A stretch of 64,000 bases of DNA from an uncultured Melioribacteraceae bacterium (GCA_964652025.1 CAZYZX010000006.1:83997-147996); one strand, 5' to 3'; positions 1-9,321 are shown, counted from the stretch's first letter. The notes: generated by a model not told the origin, from the sequence alone. Program-made: numbers and translations.

Positions 1-2
1 TA

Positions 3-185
3 AAGATATATAGTAGTATAGGGGAGTTATTGAAAGTTATTAATTTAGGTAACATAGAATCTGGTTATTATGAACATGAAATAAACTTAGAAAATTATTC
101 ATCTGGGGTATATTTTTATAGTTTAGAAATAGTTGGAGAAAATAAGGTTTATAGAGATATAAAAAAGATGAGTTTAATTAAATAA
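3..185 (+). CDS. 3' end of a secreted protein truncated by the window edge; T9SS (Por-type) C-terminal sorting domain
   Basis: Not in the ORF track. Frame 3 is open from the window edge to TAA 183-185: KIYSSIGELLKVINLGNIESGYYEHEINLENYSSGVYFYSLEIVGENKVYRDIKKMSLIK*. The SG.Y.Y.L...KKM.LIK tail matches the ends of the cargo proteins at 800-4231 and 4347-5810. Confidence 0.7.
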   Translation, partial: KIYSSIGELLKVINLGNIESGYYEHEINLENYSSGVYFYSLEIVGENKVYRDIKKMSLIK

Positions 186-194
186 AATAAGGGT

Positions 195-220
195 AAAAGT
201 CTTTTTAACTAAAGACTTTT
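195..220. terminator. Putative bidirectional stem-loop between convergent genes
   Basis: Perfect 10-bp inverted repeat AAAAGTCTTT (195-204) / AAAGACTTTT (211-220) with a 6-nt loop. Each arm ends in a T-run on its own strand. It lies 10 nt after the + strand stop and overlaps the stop (209-211) of the - strand HTH gene. The stem is AT-rich, so weak. Confidence 0.4.
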
Positions 221-742
221 GCCTGCAAGTTTAATAATTTCTGTTAAAGTTTCTTTAAGCTCTTTAATCTGGTTTTCTAGTAGCAAAATTTGATAAGATT
301 CGCTAAGTTTAGTCCCAGATAGTAGCCAATTAATATCACAACCTAATTCTAATAGTTTACTTAAAATTTTGCAACCGGGTTCACGCTTTCCAGTAGTATA
401 TTGATTTAATTGTTGAGGGGAAATTTCCAAAGCTTGGGCTAACTCTTTTAAAGTGGAATATTTTTGTTTTGCAAAAATTTTTATTCTTTCGCCTAAAATT
501 TTTTGGTACTCTACATCTTGAAATAAGTTAGAATCAATATTTTCATCTCTAAAAATTGATAAATTGGCTTGATAATCCTCAATAATTTTTAGTACTTTGG
601 AGGCAAAGGGGTCAGTAATTAATGAAGGATTAGATAAAATATGATTAAGAGAAGTTAAAGATGTACCAAGTTTATCTGCAATATATTTGGGGTTAACTCC
701 AGAAGCAATGATAGTATTAATTAATTCGTGTTTCTTTTTCAT
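209..742 (-). CDS. XRE/Cro-CI family helix-turn-helix transcriptional regulator, apparently with a second degenerate N-terminal HTH
   Basis: 177-aa ORF. The central segment LGERIKIFAKQKYSTLKELAQALEISPQQLNQYTTGKREPGCKILSKLLELGCDINWLLSG has the XRE HTH pattern. N-terminal INTIIASGVNPKYIADKLGTSLTSLNHILSN looks like a second HTH. The C-terminal end is heptad-like (LLLENQIKELKETLTEIIKL). Confidence 0.75.
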   Translation of the reverse strand: MKKKHELINTIIASGVNPKYIADKLGTSLTSLNHILSNPSLITDPFASKVLKIIEDYQANLSIFRDENIDSNLFQDVEYQKILGERIKIFAKQKYSTLKELAQALEISPQQLNQYTTGKREPGCKILSKLLELGCDINWLLSGTKLSESYQILLLENQIKELKETLTEIIKLAGKSL

Positions 743-750
743 AATAACAT

Positions 751-781
751 AAAAAAACCGGGTTCAATTATGAACCCGGTT
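751..781 (-). terminator. Rho-independent terminator of the 800-4231 cargo gene
   Basis: 11-bp inverted repeat AACCGGGTTCA (756-766) / TGAACCCGGTT (771-781) with a 4-nt loop. On the - strand it is followed by a T-run (complement of A751-A757). It lies 19 nt after the stop at 800. Confidence 0.75.
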
Positions 782-799
782 AAAATAAAATAATTTGGA

Positions 800-3700
800 T
801 TATTTAATTAACATCATTTTCTTAGAAATAACCTCTGAACCAGCTTGTAACCTATAAATATAAGTACCACTAGCTAAGTTAGAAGCGTCGAAGTTAAAGC
901 TATAAGTTCCAGCATTAAGAGTTTCACCGTTAACAATAACAGCAACTTCTTGACCAAGAACGTTATAAATTCTTAAATCTACATTAGAAGCTTGAGGTAA
1001 TCCAAATCTAATAGTAGTAGTTGGGTTAAATGGGTTAGGATAATTTTGGTCTACAAAGAACTGAGTTGGAATTACAGAGCTGTAATTTTGTTCATCAACA
1101 CCAACAACTAAATTTGTAAAGCCAACGGTTTTAGCTTTAGTGAAAGCTTGACCAACAGTATTAAGTAAACCTTGATAATTATCACCAACAGCAATAGCAA
1201 AAGAAACCCAAGCTGTATCGTTAACGTTAAGGTTACCTACATAGCTACCAATCCAGCATCTGTAGTCACCCATTGTAGTAGGTTGTACGTTATCTTTTGT
1301 AGTAATATAAGTAAAGCCATCTGTACGAATGGTTGAAGAGCTGCCGCCGACTTTAGCTTTATAACCAGAAGCACCATTTAATGCAACTAAGCCATAATAA
1401 TATGGTTTAGTATTATCATATTGGTAAACAAAATGTCTTGTTTCATCGTATCCAGCTTTGTTGCTTGCATAATTATTTGCATCTATATCCCAATCTGCAA
1501 AAATACCTGCGTATAAATCATTAACTGTAGCAGAAGTTTTATTAACAAAACCATATCTTATAATAACATAGTTTTCACCGGTCTTTGAATAAGACTTTTG
1601 AATAACGTGTAATCCATATGGAGTTGGTGCTTTACTATCAGTTATCACGCAAGATGATATCTGGTTAAAGTTTGCATCTGATGTGAACCCACTGCCAAAA
1701 GTTCCGGTAACATTTTCTAAATCACCAATAACATAGCTACCGACTGAACCATTAATTTTAGCAACAGATTGAGTACCAAAAACTAGACCACCGGTATACA
1801 TACCGTTTTGACCTTTGTAAACAACACCAGTACCAACAGAGTTAAAACTAGCATCTGTATAAGCACCAATAGCACCCATGTTGAAAATACCAGCTTGTAA
1901 ATCACCAGTATTATGAACTAGTTCAAGAGTATCTTCTTGAGCATTTAAGTTATTAGTAAATGTTACTGTAAATGTATCTACAGATGAAACTAAGGTAGCT
2001 TCTGCACCTTTAACTCTAACTGTCCATTTAAATGTTATATCTGGATTAGCACCCATTAACTGTAAAACTTTAGCAGCAGTTAAGTTATAAGTTGTATCAG
2101 TTAAAGCAGTAGAAGTAATTAAGTTAGGAAGAGCTAAGAACTGATAGATTAAGTTATCGTTGTTAAAATCTAATGCTTTACGCCATTTTACAGTAAATGA
2201 CCCATTAGCATTAGTTACAGGAACAACAGCATTGTTAGCTGGTTCTAACAAATTAAAATAAGGTGATGGAGGAGCTGGAACATTAGAGGTAATATCTGCA
2301 TACCAGCTTGGGGTTATTTGATAACCATCGTTATGTACGGTTGTAGATGATGTATATTGAGTTGCTACACCCTTTACAGTAATTGGGAATGTAGGAGCTT
2401 GATTATCATCCAAGTCTGTATCTTTATCAACACGTAAAACGATTTTGTTAAATCCGTCCCAAATTTGCATGTTAGCATCTGCGTTAGCTGCTGGCCATGC
2501 AGGAGATCCAGGTGCTAAACCTACACCTTTAATTTGAATGTAACGACCTTCGTATTGTTCTGGGTTAGCTAAATATTGTTTAATTGTTAAATCAATAGGA
2601 TCTACTGGGTTGCCACCATCTAAAAAGATTACATCATTAGCAACATTAGTTAAAGTTAATTGAGCAGTACCACGGAAATATTCTAATTTCCCAGTAACAA
2701 GTAATCTATCTCCTTTTTGGAAAACAGGACCGCCACCAGTTTCGCTACCTTTTGTAATGTTAATACCACCAGTAGCATCTTGAATGTAGTAGCTAAATCT
2801 ATTTGCAGAAGCAGTAAAGTTAACAGAGTTAACAACACCTAACACTGTAAATGTTTGACCAACATTATCAGGTTGGAAATCACCATTAGCATCTACTTTA
2901 ACTGTAGCAATTGGGGTTGCATTTCCAACAGGTACATAGTTAAGTATAATTAAAGGAGTAGCAGAACCGTAAGAACTTGAGTAAAGAACTTCTTTATCTG
3001 CATCAGCATTTAAGTTTGATATACTAATTATTGCCCATCTGTTACCTGTTAAAGGATAGCCACTATCAATCATTTTAACAGTGTAGTTACCTGGGTTAGT
3101 AATATCACCACTTTGATATTCTAATTTGTAGATACCAGCATCAGGAACACCATCTCTTGTACCAAAAACTATATCTAATTTACCATTACCATCAACATCA
3201 CCCATATCAGAAGAGTAAATTCTTCCACCAGTTTGTAAGTCATTAAGTTGATAAGTTTTTAATGTATCTGCATCTTTTCTTAATAAGTAAACGTGGTTAT
3301 CAGAAGCTGAATAAAAACTACCAACTAAAATTTCTTTTTGCCCATCGTTATCTAAATCTACAACTTGAGCAGAAAGCCAAGAACCACCAGGTGAAGCGTT
3401 AACTTGTTTTGGCATAGCTGTCCAAACGCCGTTAACTCTTTTAATTGTGGAAATTGTACCATTTTGTGAGAATAAATAAATAGTGTTATCTAAAATAGCT
3501 AAGTCGTAAATTGTAGATGCGTCAATATTAGTCATACCTAAACCAGAAGCTTCCATAGTCCAAACTTCGCTACCATCGCCATTATCTGGAATGTTGCTAA
3601 CAGAGATAATACCAAATCTTTCTCCAGCAACACGGCTGCAGAAAACAATTTCTTTTTGGTTATCTTCGTCAATATCAGTTAAGAACCAACGAATAGGTCT

Positions 3701-4231
3701 TAAATTGTAACCATCTTGATTAACCATGCTCCATCTAGCATTTGGTTTATATGTACCATCACCATTATCAACACCCATAATATCGCTACCATCACCTTTC
3801 TCTTCGTATACAACGATACGGGAAGGATTTTGGTTAACAGTGCCAGATAAATTATTTACAGGTCCCCAAATAATTTCCATTTTACCATCATTATCCCAAT
3901 CGCCATATGTTAATGCAGGCCAAGTGTTTTGTTTTTCTACGCCAGGTAAAACAGTAGACCAAACAAGTTCCCAAGTACCATTATTTAATTCATATTTGTA
4001 AATTCTTGGAATAACTTCGTCTGGTGTATCTGCTACGTTATTGTTAACTGCATAGATTTCAATTTTGCCGTCACCATCAAAATCAACACCAGAAACAACG
4101 TTACCAAATCCACCAACTTCAATTGCAGGTGGGGGAATAATTGCGCTTCTTACGTACAAATCTTGGGCTAAAATAGCTGAAGATAGTAGCAAGACTAAAA
4201 TAATTGAGTTAAAAAGTCTGTTAGACTTCAT
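800..4231 (-). CDS. Large secreted FG-GAP/VCBS-repeat beta-propeller protein with T9SS C-terminal sorting domain
   Basis: The ORF track gives 800-4285. I prefer the ATG at 4231 (MKSNRLFNSIILVLLLSSAILAQ signal peptide), which is preceded by GGAGGT (complement of 4236-4241). Repeated D.D.DG..E motifs are present (DFDGDGKIEIY, DWDNDGKMEIIWG, DLDNDGQKEILVG, DVDGNGKLDIVFG). The C-terminus is QNYPNPFNPTTTIRF...GTYIYRLQAGSEVISKKMMLIK. Confidence 0.8.
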   Translation of the reverse strand: MKSNRLFNSIILVLLLSSAILAQDLYVRSAIIPPPAIEVGGFGNVVSGVDFDGDGKIEIYAVNNNVADTPDEVIPRIYKYELNNGTWELVWSTVLPGVEKQNTWPALTYGDWDNDGKMEIIWGPVNNLSGTVNQNPSRIVVYEEKGDGSDIMGVDNGDGTYKPNARWSMVNQDGYNLRPIRWFLTDIDEDNQKEIVFCSRVAGERFGIISVSNIPDNGDGSEVWTMEASGLGMTNIDASTIYDLAILDNTIYLFSQNGTISTIKRVNGVWTAMPKQVNASPGGSWLSAQVVDLDNDGQKEILVGSFYSASDNHVYLLRKDADTLKTYQLNDLQTGGRIYSSDMGDVDGNGKLDIVFGTRDGVPDAGIYKLEYQSGDITNPGNYTVKMIDSGYPLTGNRWAIISISNLNADADKEVLYSSSYGSATPLIILNYVPVGNATPIATVKVDANGDFQPDNVGQTFTVLGVVNSVNFTASANRFSYYIQDATGGINITKGSETGGGPVFQKGDRLLVTGKLEYFRGTAQLTLTNVANDVIFLDGGNPVDPIDLTIKQYLANPEQYEGRYIQIKGVGLAPGSPAWPAANADANMQIWDGFNKIVLRVDKDTDLDDNQAPTFPITVKGVATQYTSSTTVHNDGYQITPSWYADITSNVPAPPSPYFNLLEPANNAVVPVTNANGSFTVKWRKALDFNNDNLIYQFLALPNLITSTALTDTTYNLTAAKVLQLMGANPDITFKWTVRVKGAEATLVSSVDTFTVTFTNNLNAQEDTLELVHNTGDLQAGIFNMGAIGAYTDASFNSVGTGVVYKGQNGMYTGGLVFGTQSVAKINGSVGSYVIGDLENVTGTFGSGFTSDANFNQISSCVITDSKAPTPYGLHVIQKSYSKTGENYVIIRYGFVNKTSATVNDLYAGIFADWDIDANNYASNKAGYDETRHFVYQYDNTKPYYYGLVALNGASGYKAKVGGSSSTIRTDGFTYITTKDNVQPTTMGDYRCWIGSYVGNLNVNDTAWVSFAIAVGDNYQGLLNTVGQAFTKAKTVGFTNLVVGVDEQNYSSVIPTQFFVDQNYPNPFNPTTTIRFGLPQASNVDLRIYNVLGQEVAVIVNGETLNAGTYSFNFDASNLASGTYIYRLQAGSEVISKKMMLIK

Positions 4232-4346
4232 TATACCTCCATATAATGTTAATAATAAGTTGTTAATTAAATCTTTCAAAATCATAAATCAATTTAGCAA
4301 AAAATAAGCATAAGTTTCAATTAAAAATGAATAAAATAATCAAAAT

Positions 4347-5810
4347 TTATTTAAGTAAAGTCATCTTTTTAGAAATGGATTTATTTCCATTAGATAGCTT
4401 GTAAATGTAGTTACCGGAAGCAAGATTTGAAGCATCAAAAGTGTATTTATAAGTACCTTTAGAAAGTTGTGCATTATTAATTAAACTAGCAACTAATTCA
4501 CCAGTAATAGAATAAATATCTAAATTAACAAAAGAATCTTCAGTTAACGAGAACTTAATAGTTGTAGTGGGGTTGAATGGATTAGGATAATTTTGAGAAA
4601 GAGTAAAATCTGTTGGGATAATATTATCTAATTTTTCTACATCAGTAATTGTTAAAGGAATAACTGGGAAAGTACCTTCATATTGCCATTTTTCAACAGT
4701 CCAACCAAAGTAGGATTGTGAATACATAAAATTGTTTTGGTCAAACTCTACATTGTAGTTAGAAGTATAACCGCTTGCATTACCAGGTGTTGTACCCCCG
4801 GTACGATTTTGGTAAGAACCGGTCATATCAAAATTCCATTGAGCAACGTCTATAGTCCCCAAAATTTCTCCTGTATTGGGGTTAAGGGCGTGTATATTAC
4901 TCATTTGGTACCCGACACCAGTTTGGAAATTAGGAGCAGAAGCAACAAAGAGAATGTTTTTATCTTTTAAGAATTTTAAACCCCATGGTCCACCTCTAAC
5001 AGTATCGCCAGTAGAAGCAATTTTATAATCATCTATAACGCAATTAAATGATGGATGTAAAGTATATCCAGTTTGAGGGTTTCCAACAAAACAATATATT
5101 TTTTTAGTTGTGTAATTGCTAACATAAATTACTTGAGCGGAAGGGTCAACAGCAATACCTCTAATACTGCCTGGTTCGGGCATAGTTAAAGTATGTAGTG
5201 GATTTGCAGGTAATCCAATACCCCAAGAAGGTTCGTTAGCAATGCTTTCATAAATAAGAACTTTACCAACAGTAGTTGCATTTGGTGTTTGGCTTACGTA
5301 AACTCTACCAGCATCGTCAACATCAATTGCCCAAAGATAATCTGAACCTGTAGCCATTCTAGCTGGGTAAGAATAAACGGAATCTGGACCATATTCAAAA
5401 ACTAAAATATTATGGTCTACGTCATTATTAGCAACATAAATTAAATTCCCTTTAGCTTGCAAAGCGTTAGGGTCATTTAGCTCTACTTGGTCAAACATGT
5501 TATACCAAAAAGTGTGTAAATTTGCTGCAGCAGAACCGTAGGGGTAGGTCCCCATTCTACCATGTGAAGAATCCGCATCTTTATAACCTACAAGATAATA
5601 TGAGGATTTAGAAGCACGGCTAACTAAAGCTACAAAATTATTTTCAGAAACAACACCAACATCAATTACAGGATAACCAGCACCATTCGTTTCTTCATCC
5701 CAAGTGGCATATAAACATTTCCAAGCACCAGTTAATGGCTGAGCACTTAAACTGTTACTTAGCAAAAGAGACATTGCAAAAATCAAAACAACATAGTAAA
5801 AATATTTCAT
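4347..5810 (-). CDS. Secreted beta-propeller-like protein with T9SS C-terminal sorting domain
   Basis: 487 aa with signal peptide MKYFYYVVLIFAMSLLLSNSLSAQ and an SD GGAGGAAG (complement of 5814-5821). The C-terminus QNYPNPFNPTTTIKF...GNYIYKLSNGNKSISKKMTLLK is paralogous to the CTD of the neighbouring gene. Confidence 0.8.
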   Translation of the reverse strand: MKYFYYVVLIFAMSLLLSNSLSAQPLTGAWKCLYATWDEETNGAGYPVIDVGVVSENNFVALVSRASKSSYYLVGYKDADSSHGRMGTYPYGSAAANLHTFWYNMFDQVELNDPNALQAKGNLIYVANNDVDHNILVFEYGPDSVYSYPARMATGSDYLWAIDVDDAGRVYVSQTPNATTVGKVLIYESIANEPSWGIGLPANPLHTLTMPEPGSIRGIAVDPSAQVIYVSNYTTKKIYCFVGNPQTGYTLHPSFNCVIDDYKIASTGDTVRGGPWGLKFLKDKNILFVASAPNFQTGVGYQMSNIHALNPNTGEILGTIDVAQWNFDMTGSYQNRTGGTTPGNASGYTSNYNVEFDQNNFMYSQSYFGWTVEKWQYEGTFPVIPLTITDVEKLDNIIPTDFTLSQNYPNPFNPTTTIKFSLTEDSFVNLDIYSITGELVASLINNAQLSKGTYKYTFDASNLASGNYIYKLSNGNKSISKKMTLLK

Positions 5811-5962
5811 TTTCTTCCTCCGATTAATTTAGGTTATTATATTTAAAATAGGAATAATTTACATAAAAAGTCAACATTTATTTAAATAATTTTATAAATA
5901 TGCAACTATTTATAAAGCAAAATTAATTTTTATTTTTAATAATTTATTTATTAATTTGTGAT

Positions 5963-7318
5963 ATGAAAATTGGAATAAATATAAAAGATTATAAAAAAAT
6001 ATTAAAGCTTGCATTACCGGCAATTGCGGGTTTATCTACACAAATGATAGTAAGTTTGGTGGATACGGCAATGGTGGGGCGATTAGATAATGCAACATAT
6101 TCACTTGCGGCAATGGGGCTTGGTGTGCTTGCAACTTGGGCAATAGTTAGTTTTTTTTCTAGCTTAGCTACAGGAACACATGTTCTAATTGCACAAAATA
6201 ATGGTGCAAAAGATTACCAAAATTGTGGGAAAGTTTTTGATACATCGGTAATATTTAGTTTTTTTGTGGGTATAGTTGTTTCTTTAATATTTGTTACATC
6301 TTCTTATGCAATTGCTAATTTTTTTGCTGCAGATTATACAGTTGGCAAATTAGCTGGGGAATATTTGTTTTATCGTTTTTTGGGTGTCCCATTTTTTTTA
6401 ATAACTGTTTCTTTTAGAGGCTTTTTTTTTGGTGTGGGAAATACTAAAATATTTATGATTTCCGGTATTTTAGTAAATTTACTAAATATAATTTTTAATT
6501 ATATTTTTATTTATGGTGCTTTTGGAATTCCCGCAATGGGTTTAGCAGGTGCTGGATTAGGTAGTACAATTGCCACTTTTTGTGATGTATTGTTTTATTT
6601 ATCTGTTGCGTTTTATGCAGGTTTTAGAGCTAATTATAACTTATTTAAAAATTTTAGAATTAATAGAAATATATTAAAAGAAATATTAAAGATTGCGTTA
6701 CCTGTATCATTTCAAAATATATTTATTTTAATTGGTTTTTTAAGTTTTATAGCTATAACAGGATTAATTGGAACAGCAGAACAAGCAGCAAGTCAATTAG
6801 TCATTTCTTCGCTTTATGTATCTATTATGCCCTGTTGGGGTTTTGGTATAGCTGCACAAACATTGGTTGCAACAGAAATTGGGAATAATAATATAAAAGG
6901 TGCTAAATACTATGGGAATGAAACAAGTAAATTAGCATTAATGTATACTATTATAGTTGGCTTAATATTTACACTAATACCAGATCAATTTTTGCTAATA
7001 ATTACTACAGATAGAAGTTTAATTCAAACTGCAATTCCTGCCTTAAAAATTGCGGGATTTGGTCAGATATTTTATGCTGTTGGTGTCGTTTTATCTAATG
7101 GATTGCAATCGAATGGGAATTCACTTTTTGTAATGGTTGTGGAAGTAATAATGAACTGCTTAGTATTTGTACCAGCTGGGTATTATTTTGGTGTTCATTT
7201 GCAATATGGTTTGAAAGGGGCGTGGGCAACATTACCTGTTTATGTAATAATCTATTCTTTATCAATATTTATTAAATTTAATTATGGTGATTGGTCTAAA
7301 GCCAATAAAGTTAAGTAA
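5963..7318 (+). CDS. MATE family efflux transporter
   Basis: 451 aa, polytopic and hydrophobic. The N-terminus ILKLALPAIAGLSTQMIVSLVDTAMVGRL and the internal repeat ILKIALPVSFQNIF are typical of the two MatE halves. Confidence 0.85.
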   Translation: MKIGINIKDYKKILKLALPAIAGLSTQMIVSLVDTAMVGRLDNATYSLAAMGLGVLATWAIVSFFSSLATGTHVLIAQNNGAKDYQNCGKVFDTSVIFSFFVGIVVSLIFVTSSYAIANFFAADYTVGKLAGEYLFYRFLGVPFFLITVSFRGFFFGVGNTKIFMISGILVNLLNIIFNYIFIYGAFGIPAMGLAGAGLGSTIATFCDVLFYLSVAFYAGFRANYNLFKNFRINRNILKEILKIALPVSFQNIFILIGFLSFIAITGLIGTAEQAASQLVISSLYVSIMPCWGFGIAAQTLVATEIGNNNIKGAKYYGNETSKLALMYTIIVGLIFTLIPDQFLLIITTDRSLIQTAIPALKIAGFGQIFYAVGVVLSNGLQSNGNSLFVMVVEVIMNCLVFVPAGYYFGVHLQYGLKGAWATLPVYVIIYSLSIFIKFNYGDWSKANKVK

Positions 7319-8510
7319 TTTCTACACGTTTAGCATAAAAAATTATTAATAAGTAAATTATACCAGTAATAACAAAAGGAAATCTAAAACCAATAAAACT
7401 AGCAATAATACCACCAAAAGCTAATCCTAACGAATTGCCTAAAATTTGGAAACTGCTACCAATACTTAAAATACCACCTTTATTCGATTGAGGTGAAAAA
7501 TTACTCATTAAAGCAAACATAATTGGGGCAAGCCCGCCAAATCCAAAACCAATTAATATACCAATCGGATATAATAAAAAATAATTATAAACAATAGAAT
7601 AGAGTGGGTAAGTTAATCCTGTAATAATAGCTGCATAAATTATAACTTTTTTGTGTCCAATTTTTGTGCTAAGTTTTCCCCACCAAGGTGGGCTAAAACT
7701 ATTAGTTACACCAACAATAGCATAAACAGTTCCAGCAATGGTTGCAAAGTATATACTATTAACATTAAATTCTTCAAAATATAAAACAAAGATAGGGCGA
7801 ACTAAAGCAAAGCCAAAGGCAGCTAAAAAAATCATAAAAGATGTATATAAAAGTCGTTTATCATTAATAACAAACTTTAAGTTGTCTTTAACAGATTCAT
7901 GATTAGCAGATTTATCTACTTTATTAATTTCTTTAACAAAAGCGATAAAGAAAAATGCGGTTACAAATAAAAGAGCAGATACAATAAAAAATACTTCACG
8001 GTAGCCAAAAATATCTGCTAAAATACCGCCAATTAAAGGACCGAATATATTACCGGAAGCAATAGCAGTTTGCAATATACCAAGTGCATAAGCATTTTTT
8101 TCTTTAGGGGTATTAGCTGCAACAAGTGCTAAAGCAGCGGGCACAAATCCACTTAAAAATCCCTGTAACAAGCGTGTTATAAATAATTGGTAAACATTTA
8201 AACTTAAACCAACAAATAATTGAGCAATAGCAAGACCTAAAATTGCTCTTACGGTTATTAGTTTTCTGCCATATTTATCTCCCATCATTCCCCATAGTGG
8301 TGTAATAAAAAAAGATGCAATAAAAGGTCCGGCAAAAACTAAACCACTCCAAAATGAAATTTCGGAAGAAGATTTTACCCCAAGTTCTCTAATAAAGAGA
8401 GGTAAAAAAGGGACAACTGCGCTCATCCCAACCATTCCCAAAAATTGACTAATCCAAATAAAAACCAGATTTTTTTCCCAATACTCTAATCTTCTCACTA
8501 TAAACGTCAA
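7311..8510 (-). CDS. MFS transporter
   Basis: 399 aa with about 12 hydrophobic segments and the MFS loop motif GMMGDKYGRKL. The codon at 8508-8510 is TTG, and a GTG four codons downstream (8498) is an alternative start. The 3' end overlaps the convergent MATE gene by 8 nt. Confidence 0.8.
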   Translation of the reverse strand: MTFIVRRLEYWEKNLVFIWISQFLGMVGMSAVVPFLPLFIRELGVKSSSEISFWSGLVFAGPFIASFFITPLWGMMGDKYGRKLITVRAILGLAIAQLFVGLSLNVYQLFITRLLQGFLSGFVPAALALVAANTPKEKNAYALGILQTAIASGNIFGPLIGGILADIFGYREVFFIVSALLFVTAFFFIAFVKEINKVDKSANHESVKDNLKFVINDKRLLYTSFMIFLAAFGFALVRPIFVLYFEEFNVNSIYFATIAGTVYAIVGVTNSFSPPWWGKLSTKIGHKKVIIYAAIITGLTYPLYSIVYNYFLLYPIGILIGFGFGGLAPIMFALMSNFSPQSNKGGILSIGSSFQILGNSLGLAFGGIIASFIGFRFPFVITGIIYLLIIFYAKRVEIT

Positions 8511-8577
8511 ATAATAATAATTTAATGTGTGTTAAAATAACATTAATAAAGGTAAAAATAAATATTAAAATTGGGTA

Positions 8578-8613
8578 ATAAAAAAGGAGCCTAAGAATAA
8601 TCTATTGGCTCCT
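8578..8613 (-). terminator. Rho-independent terminator of the 8650-9081 gene
   Basis: Inverted repeat AGGAGCC (8585-8591) / GGCTCCT (8607-8613). On the - strand it is followed by a T-run (complement of the A-run ending at 8585). Confidence 0.55.
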
Positions 8614-8649
8614 ATTTCACTAATTGAGGGGTAAGTTATTAAGGTTGTT

Positions 8650-9081
8650 TTACATTTTAGCGTTTACAAATAAACCTAATAAATCTTCGCCATTATCATA
8701 AAGCTTTTGTAGCATGTTTTCAAAGTCTTCTTTTGTTGCAGTTCCATTTTCATGTTTTTGCATAAAAGATGTAAAGATATCTGCGGAATTTTGATTAATA
8801 AAATTAGGTAATGATCCTTTAGGAGGAATATTTAACATTCTTGGTGGTTCTGGCAAATTAAACCCAGCATTTATTAAAATATCCCCAAGCTCTTTATTTG
8901 GACCGATCCCTAATTTTTTTATTTCGTTATGCATTTGATTATATAATTCCTCTGTCATGTTTTTGGGGTCGTATTTTGTTATTATTTCATTAACGCTCTT
9001 TTTTTGCTCTTCTGTTAATGCATTTTGAAAATTAAAAAAGGAATTGTTAGATAATAAATTTGATGAAATTGAGTTAATCAT
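8650..9081 (-). CDS. Hypothetical protein (143 aa, no signal peptide or TM segment seen)
   Basis: Long ORF in an AT-rich background with its own terminator, divergent from the his leader. I recognise no motif. Confidence 0.55.
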   Translation of the reverse strand: MINSISSNLLSNNSFFNFQNALTEEQKKSVNEIITKYDPKNMTEELYNQMHNEIKKLGIGPNKELGDILINAGFNLPEPPRMLNIPPKGSLPNFINQNSADIFTSFMQKHENGTATKEDFENMLQKLYDNGEDLLGLFVNAKM

Positions 9082-9234
9082 AAGGCTTACCTTAAATTAT
9101 TATTTCTATAGTATTAGACAAAATTTTAAGATTTTGGTTTAAATTTTAGAATATTTAGAAATAAATTTAGACATTATGTTGCATTTTATAAAAAAAATAT
9201 TATTTTAGAACAGAAAAAATTAATAAACCTTACA

Positions 9235-9321
9235 ATGAAAAAATATTCGGTATTATTACATCATCGTCATCATCATGTGGATAAAATCCAGGCGCCGGAT
9301 ATTTTAAATAAAAAGAGATAA
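9235..9321 (+). CDS. hisL: Histidine operon leader peptide (28 aa, MKKYSVLLHHRHHHVDKIQAPDILNKKR)
   Basis: Not in the ORF track. ATG 9235, TAA 9319-9321. Five His in six consecutive codons (9259-9276, CAT CAT CGT CAT CAT CAT). It lies 72 nt upstream of hisG and is followed by a terminator. Confidence 0.8.
   Translation: MKKYSVLLHHRHHHVDKIQAPDILNKKR

Noticed and set aside
6422-6430. T9 homopolymer (and other T7-T8 runs at ~6150 and ~6391) inside the MATE gene as possible phase-variation tracts
   Set aside because: They encode Phe runs (GFFFGV) in a membrane protein of a very AT-rich genome. Such runs are expected by composition, and there is no evidence of an alternative frame or a contingency-locus context.
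9291-9296. GGCGCC palindrome as a possible protein operator or restriction-site oddity in an AT-rich spacer
   Set aside because: It is better explained as the core of the antiterminator arm that is complementary to the terminator stem.
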